From an uncultured bacterium (lineage in GTDB: Bacteria; Patescibacteriota; Saccharimonadia; UBA4664), in assembly GCA_963720265.1 (NCBI GenBank), contig CAVRET010000001.1:261916-325915 (forward strand): 64,000 nucleotides of DNA, written 5' to 3'. The notes beneath the pieces are model-generated. The model saw only the letters and a program-made list of their open reading frames with translations. It was not told where the DNA came from and made no database searches. The translations under genes were made by a program, and so were the position numbers. Below, in pieces: positions 59,329 to 64,000 of this stretch (position 1 is the first letter of the stretch; each line of letters starts with the position of its first letter).

Positions 59329-60642
59329 ATGGCAGAGGATGTGTTGGTCCGGGATTTAAAAGAACATGCCGGTAAGAACGTGAGCGTGCGCGGCTGGCTG
59401 CACAAGCGTCGTGATTTGGGCGGTATTGTGTTTGTGGTGTTGCGCGACCGGAGTGGCCTAGTACAGGCGGTTATTCATAGTGCAGATGAGCAGGCCAAGC
59501 TGGAGGGCTTGTACAACGGAACGGTGCTGGGGATTGCGGGCCAGGTCGTGGACGAGCCGCGGGCAGTCGGCGGCGTGGAACTGCACGAGCCGAAGCTTAC
59601 AATTATTACTCCGGTGAGCGAGGTGATGCCGGTGGAGATCGATAAACCGATTGACCACCGCTCGGAGAATTTTGACACCTTGTTTGAAAACCGGGCGCTT
59701 AATTTGCGCAACGTGGATGAGCAGCGGGTGTTTCGTGTGCGGGCGGCGCTTAACCGCTATATCCGCGAATTTCTGACTGAGCATGAATTTGTGGAAATTC
59801 AGACGCCCAAGCTGCTGGCCGGCGCGACTGAAGGCGGCGCTGAAGTGTTTAAACTCGATTATTTTGGCCAAGAAGCGACACTCGCGCAAAGTCCACAGCT
59901 ATACAAGCAGATGATGGTGGGGGTGTTTGAGCGGGTATTTGAGATTGGGCCGGCGTTTCGGGCTGAGCCGTCGGTGACCACGCGGCACATGAGCGAAGTG
60001 ACCATGCTCGACATTGAGTTTGGGTTCATCCGCGACCATGAAGAAGTGCTTGATATGGTGCAAGACATGACGTATAGCGTTATTACCCGGGTCTACCAGG
60101 AGCACGGCGGCGATTTGAAAGCGCTCAAGGCACCTGAGCTTGTGCTAAAGCCGAAATATCCGCGGTATTCAATGGATGAGATTCATAAAATGTACCAAGA
60201 AGCGACTGGTACTGATGTGTCAACCGAGCTTGATTTGACGCCGGATGAGGAGCGCTGGATTTGCGAATACACCCGTGACCACGAGGGTTGCGAGGCCGTG
60301 TATGCGACTGGGTTACCCAAGAGTAAGATGAAGTTTTACCACATGGCCTCAGAGGATGGCAAAACCGCGAAATCGGCCGACCTCTTGTTTCGCGGGGTGG
60401 AGATTGCGACTTGCCCGCAGCGGGAGCACCGGTATGAGATCTTGATTGAGCAAATGAAAGCGGCCGGGCTTGATCCTGACGCTCCGGGCAATCGCTATTT
60501 TGTGCAGGCGATCAAATTTGGTTTGCCGCCCCACGGCGGCTGCGGGTTTGGCATCGACCGCTTGGTGGAGAAGGTTTGTGGCCTGGGGAACGTCAAAGAA
60601 GCCACATTGTTCCCGCGTGACACGAAGCGGCTGGCGCCGTAA
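59329..60642 (+). CDS. aspS: Aspartate--tRNA(Asp/Asn) ligase, short non-discriminating type
   Basis: 437 aa. LAQSPQLYKQ, FRAE, PPHGG.GFGIDR and LFPRD motifs. Confidence 0.92.
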   Translation: MAEDVLVRDLKEHAGKNVSVRGWLHKRRDLGGIVFVVLRDRSGLVQAVIHSADEQAKLEGLYNGTVLGIAGQVVDEPRAVGGVELHEPKLTIITPVSEVMPVEIDKPIDHRSENFDTLFENRALNLRNVDEQRVFRVRAALNRYIREFLTEHEFVEIQTPKLLAGATEGGAEVFKLDYFGQEATLAQSPQLYKQMMVGVFERVFEIGPAFRAEPSVTTRHMSEVTMLDIEFGFIRDHEEVLDMVQDMTYSVITRVYQEHGGDLKALKAPELVLKPKYPRYSMDEIHKMYQEATGTDVSTELDLTPDEERWICEYTRDHEGCEAVYATGLPKSKMKFYHMASEDGKTAKSADLLFRGVEIATCPQREHRYEILIEQMKAAGLDPDAPGNRYFVQAIKFGLPPHGGCGFGIDRLVEKVCGLGNVKEATLFPRDTKRLAP

Positions 60643-60662
60643 TAGAGCCGGATTGCCGGCAC

Positions 60663-61388
60663 CTAGCCAACGTGTGTATTCAGGAGCCGACCGATGAAAT
60701 AGGTGGCGCCGGCGGCGAGAATGAGTACGATGAGCTGGCGTAAGGCGGACCTGACCGGCTTGCCGGTAGTTGTTTGACCGAGATAGCCGCCGATGCCCAA
60801 GGCTGCAATGATCGCCAGGCTAAACGATGTCATTGCGGCGGTGGCTCCTGTGGCAAAGAACCAGGGTAAAAGCGGCACGAGTGCGCCAAGCGAGAACATG
60901 ATAAAAGACGATAAGGCTGAGCCCCAGGGTGAGCCTAGTTCGTCGGGATTAATGCCAAGCTCGCTGCGGGCATAAACCGTCATGGCCTTGTCGGGGTCAC
61001 GGGCAATTTCTTTGCCGGCGATAGCGGCGGTTTCAGCCGTAACACCGTCTGAGACGAGGAGCTCTCGTAAGGTGGTGCGCATGATGTCTGGGTCGCGTTG
61101 TAGTTCCTCGCGTTCGGCTGTCAGGACGCTTTCGAGAAGCTCTGCCTGGCCACGCATGGAGATATACTCCCCCACAGCCATTGAACAGGCGCCGGCGATG
61201 AGGCTGGCGAAGCCGGCAATGCGGACAATGTCGGCCGACGTGCCGGCGCCGACAACGCCCAAAATCAATGATACGTTGGTAACCAGGCCGTCGCTGACTC
61301 CGAGTAGGGCGGCGCGGGCGGTGCCGCTTTGGGCACGCTCAATACGCTTACGGTGCGCTTCGTGCGGGCGGCGCAATTGTTCTTCCAT
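60663..61388 (-). CDS. VIT1/CCC1 metal transporter
   Basis: LGVSDGLV and AGACSMAVGEYIS motifs. Confidence 0.93.
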   Translation of the reverse strand: MEEQLRRPHEAHRKRIERAQSGTARAALLGVSDGLVTNVSLILGVVGAGTSADIVRIAGFASLIAGACSMAVGEYISMRGQAELLESVLTAEREELQRDPDIMRTTLRELLVSDGVTAETAAIAGKEIARDPDKAMTVYARSELGINPDELGSPWGSALSSFIMFSLGALVPLLPWFFATGATAAMTSFSLAIIAALGIGGYLGQTTTGKPVRSALRQLIVLILAAGATYFIGRLLNTHVG

Positions 61389-61415
61389 GTAGGGTATTAT
61401 ACCGGGCAGGCAGTG

Positions 61416-62357
61416 CTACCACCAATGGTCGGACGGGTAGTACTTACGGGCGAGCGGGCCGGTAAGACGCGTGATTTCGGCGATTTCGTCCGGCTCCAGG
61501 ATGCGGCGCCAGCGGTCGAGGTTTTTGGCTGAGTCGCGGCGCAACACGTGGGCCTTATTGCCGGTTGGGTCAATCGGATTACCGGCCCGCGTATGCCGAT
61601 CGATGGTGGCGCGGACTTTGGACGTAAACTCGAGGCCAAGCTCCTGATAGAGCGCACGAAACCCGCTCGTGGGGTTGAGCGACAAGTCTTCGTGCCTCAC
61701 CATGATCATGTCGGGATTGTCGCGCAAAAAGGCATCGAGCACGGTGTAGATAGCAAGCCAGAGGTAGCTCCATTCTTCGATCTCAGTGAGGTTTTCGATA
61801 GTTAGGCCGCCGAGCACCGGCCCAAGGTAGCGATCCATGAGATTCGTCTGGTCGGTGAGCTCGTGGAGATTGTAACGCCAGCCGAGCCGCTTGTAGCTCG
61901 CAATCGTGGAGGCAGGATGACGCACAATGATAACCGTTTGCATGCTGAAATGTCGCTGCAGGTACTGGGACGCAAAGCAGGCCATCGGATCTTTGACCAG
62001 ATAGCGGTGCTTAAACGGATTGGCGGTGTCGAGCTGGTACTGGAGTTGCGGCTTAGAGCGGAAGAGCACGCGGGCGGCCCGTTTGGCGGTCGAGGGCTGG
62101 GCGTCGCGGTAGGGGTTAATCCTAAACCGGGAGCGGCCGGTTAGCAGGCCTTCGATGACTTCGTCGTAGGCCCGCACGTCGGCGCTGTTACTATCGTCAA
62201 GATAGGCGAAGGCCCGGTCGATACCCTCGATGCCGATTTCTTTATTAAACGGCTCTGAGAGATATATAACTTCGCGCGGCAAGGCAAGCATTTGTCCAAC
62301 GAACGTAGTGCCGCTGCGAGGTGCACCGGTAATCAGAATGGGTGTGGTAATAGCCAT
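61416..62357 (-). CDS. Sulfotransferase
   Basis: TGAPRSGTT, EPF, VKDP, IVRHP..IAS and RHEDL motifs. Confidence 0.88.
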   Translation of the reverse strand: MAITTPILITGAPRSGTTFVGQMLALPREVIYLSEPFNKEIGIEGIDRAFAYLDDSNSADVRAYDEVIEGLLTGRSRFRINPYRDAQPSTAKRAARVLFRSKPQLQYQLDTANPFKHRYLVKDPMACFASQYLQRHFSMQTVIIVRHPASTIASYKRLGWRYNLHELTDQTNLMDRYLGPVLGGLTIENLTEIEEWSYLWLAIYTVLDAFLRDNPDMIMVRHEDLSLNPTSGFRALYQELGLEFTSKVRATIDRHTRAGNPIDPTGNKAHVLRRDSAKNLDRWRRILEPDEIAEITRLTGPLARKYYPSDHWW

Positions 62358-62408
62358 AACTTTATTATCCGCTGGAATCTGGGGATAATCTGAGAGGGCC
62401 AGTAAGGC

Positions 62409-64000
62409 TTAATCTCCGAACCAGGTCCAGGTGGGCGCGGAGGAATACGTAAGGGTAATAGCCTGGCCGGCGGGGAGACGGATGCTGCCTGTTGTTAGGC
62501 CGGTTGATGCACCGCCAACAGCAATAGCACTTACGCTACCACCCAAAACGTAAACCGTGCAGTCGACGTTAAATGGGTTCGTGAGCGGTGTTCCTGAGGC
62601 CGGAACTGTGGGCGCTGATAGTGAACCAACGGGGTTATAGCCCAGATTCTGCGCAATTTTACCATTCGTGCCGGTGACGCCTGAGAGGTTGCCAATGGCC
62701 TGGTTAACGTTGCCGCGAAGATCATTGCCGGTGATGGCGAAGTTGTCGGTGGCGCCGGAGTCAAAGTTAATGCCGTTGCTTTGGGTGGTGCCTTGCTGCC
62801 AACCGTTGCCGATGCGGCAACTCTCGACGGTAAGACCCATGACGCCGGCTGTAACCTCGATGCCGGAGCGGGTGTTGGTGGTGGTGATAGAGTTGGCAAT
62901 GATGTCGCAGCCGGTGATACCTATGTCGGAGCCGCCGGCGAGGCGCAAACCCGCCAGGCCATTGTGTAATATTTTGCAGCCCACAAAGCGAAAGCCCTGG
63001 ATGAGGCCGGTGCCGCCTTGCTCGATTAGTACGCCATAATTTGTGGCGCTGCCGGCCCAGCAGTTTACGAACGCCAGGCCGACCACGTCTCCCCCGTTCG
63101 CGCCGGTGAGCTTGACGGAGTTGTCGCTGGCGGTGTCGAATTCGGCTGTGGTAAAGAAGCCCCAGCGACATTGCCGACCAGTGGACGGCGCCACCAGGAA
63201 GCCTTCGCCAAAGTGCAGGAAGTCGCAGTTTTGGATAACGAAGTTCTCGCCGCCGAGCCACTGCAGGCCGGGGTTCGAGTTGGCAACGTTGGGGTTGTCG
63301 GCCGCGATGTTATTCAGATAGCAGTCGTAGCCGGCGCCGAGGTCGGATTCGAACACGAAGGCGCTTTCGGAGTTATCGCGGATATCGGAATCGCGAAAAA
63401 AGGTTTCGGTACAGTTGAGTATGTGAACGGCCCGGTAGCCGTGCTCAGCGCGTACCCGTACGATCCAGGTTTTGAACCCGAGCCAGACCTTGATCGCGGT
63501 GCCGGCCGTGCGTTGGGTGGCGGCGTCAAACAGAATGTCCTCGATGCGGACGTGCGCGATCGTGTCGGTGCCGTCGCCGACCTGGAGCATGGTGACTGTG
63601 GTAGCGGAAGAGGTAGTTTTTATGACCGAAGCGCCGGCACCGGCGCCCACGAGACCAATGTCGTCGCTGGTGATGTTGAGTTGCGATGAAATCATGTAAA
63701 TGCCGGGCGGCAGATACACAATGCCGCTGCCGGAACCTTGGCAGGCATTAATGGCAGCTTGAACGGCGGCCGTGTCGTCGGTGGCGCCGTCGCCGGCCGC
63801 ACCATAGGCCTTCACGTCGTAAACTTGCCCGCCTTTATCAAGTAGCGGGGCGGTCAGCGTGCCAGTTTTGGTTTGGCTTGAGGTTAGGTCAACGAAGTTT
63901 TGGGAAATTGAGCCGGTGCCGCCTTGGTTGATAGGTAGCGCTGCAGTTAGGTGCGTGCCGGTAATCGTGGGGACGGCGGCTGTGCCGCCGAGGTCGCCGG
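62409..64000 (-). CDS. Pectate-lyase-like beta-helix surface protein (5' end outside window)
   Basis: YDVKAYGAAGDGATDDTAAVQAAI..VYLPPG. The upstream frame is open and contains GDLGGTA and LPINQGGTG. Confidence 0.85.
   Translation of the reverse strand, partial: GDLGGTAAVPTITGTHLTAALPINQGGTGSISQNFVDLTSSQTKTGTLTAPLLDKGGQVYDVKAYGAAGDGATDDTAAVQAAINACQGSGSGIVYLPPGIYMISSQLNITSDDIGLVGAGAGASVIKTTSSATTVTMLQVGDGTDTIAHVRIEDILFDAATQRTAGTAIKVWLGFKTWIVRVRAEHGYRAVHILNCTETFFRDSDIRDNSESAFVFESDLGAGYDCYLNNIAADNPNVANSNPGLQWLGGENFVIQNCDFLHFGEGFLVAPSTGRQCRWGFFTTAEFDTASDNSVKLTGANGGDVVGLAFVNCWAGSATNYGVLIEQGGTGLIQGFRFVGCKILHNGLAGLRLAGGSDIGITGCDIIANSITTTNTRSGIEVTAGVMGLTVESCRIGNGWQQGTTQSNGINFDSGATDNFAITGNDLRGNVNQAIGNLSGVTGTNGKIAQNLGYNPVGSLSAPTVPASGTPLTNPFNVDCTVYVLGGSVSAIAVGGASTGLTTGSIRLPAGQAITLTYSSAPTWTWFGD

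Noticed and set aside
1-64000. CRISPR array, integron attC array, rRNA or prophage
   Set aside because: No regularly spaced repeats, integrase, rRNA or phage structural genes were seen. The solitary-unit hairpins share no obvious sequence or GTTRRRY boxes.

Overview
A bacterial chromosome segment, most consistent with a Patescibacteria (CPR, Saccharibacteria-like) genome. This assignment is inferred from a dockerin-like repeat protein, a long acidic N-terminal extension on L1 and a conserved CPR-type hypothetical. Core genes: cysS, nrnA, recR, YbaB/EbfC, dnaB, dnaX, rplJL, rplKA, nusG, secE, glyA, thyA, DHFR, a non-discriminating aspS with a T-box leader, and tRNA-Gln. There is a GH130 / GT-C / GT2 / GtrA glycan cluster, a nucleotide-modification-like operon, a Phd-PIN toxin-antitoxin pair and an intact IS982. 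Main finding: a 2205-bp IS110-family element splits a PD-(D/E)xK gene at a GG core. Its left end encodes a readable bridge-RNA-like structure whose donor guides match the element's own ends. It carries a ~0.94-kb cold-shock-domain passenger that appears to sit in a site matching the element's own target guides. That passenger is one of about 10 dispersed single-gene units (sigma70 promoter + SD-led ORFan + long GC-rich hairpin). These contrast with the host genes, many of which appear to be leaderless. All calls were made by eye, without database searches.
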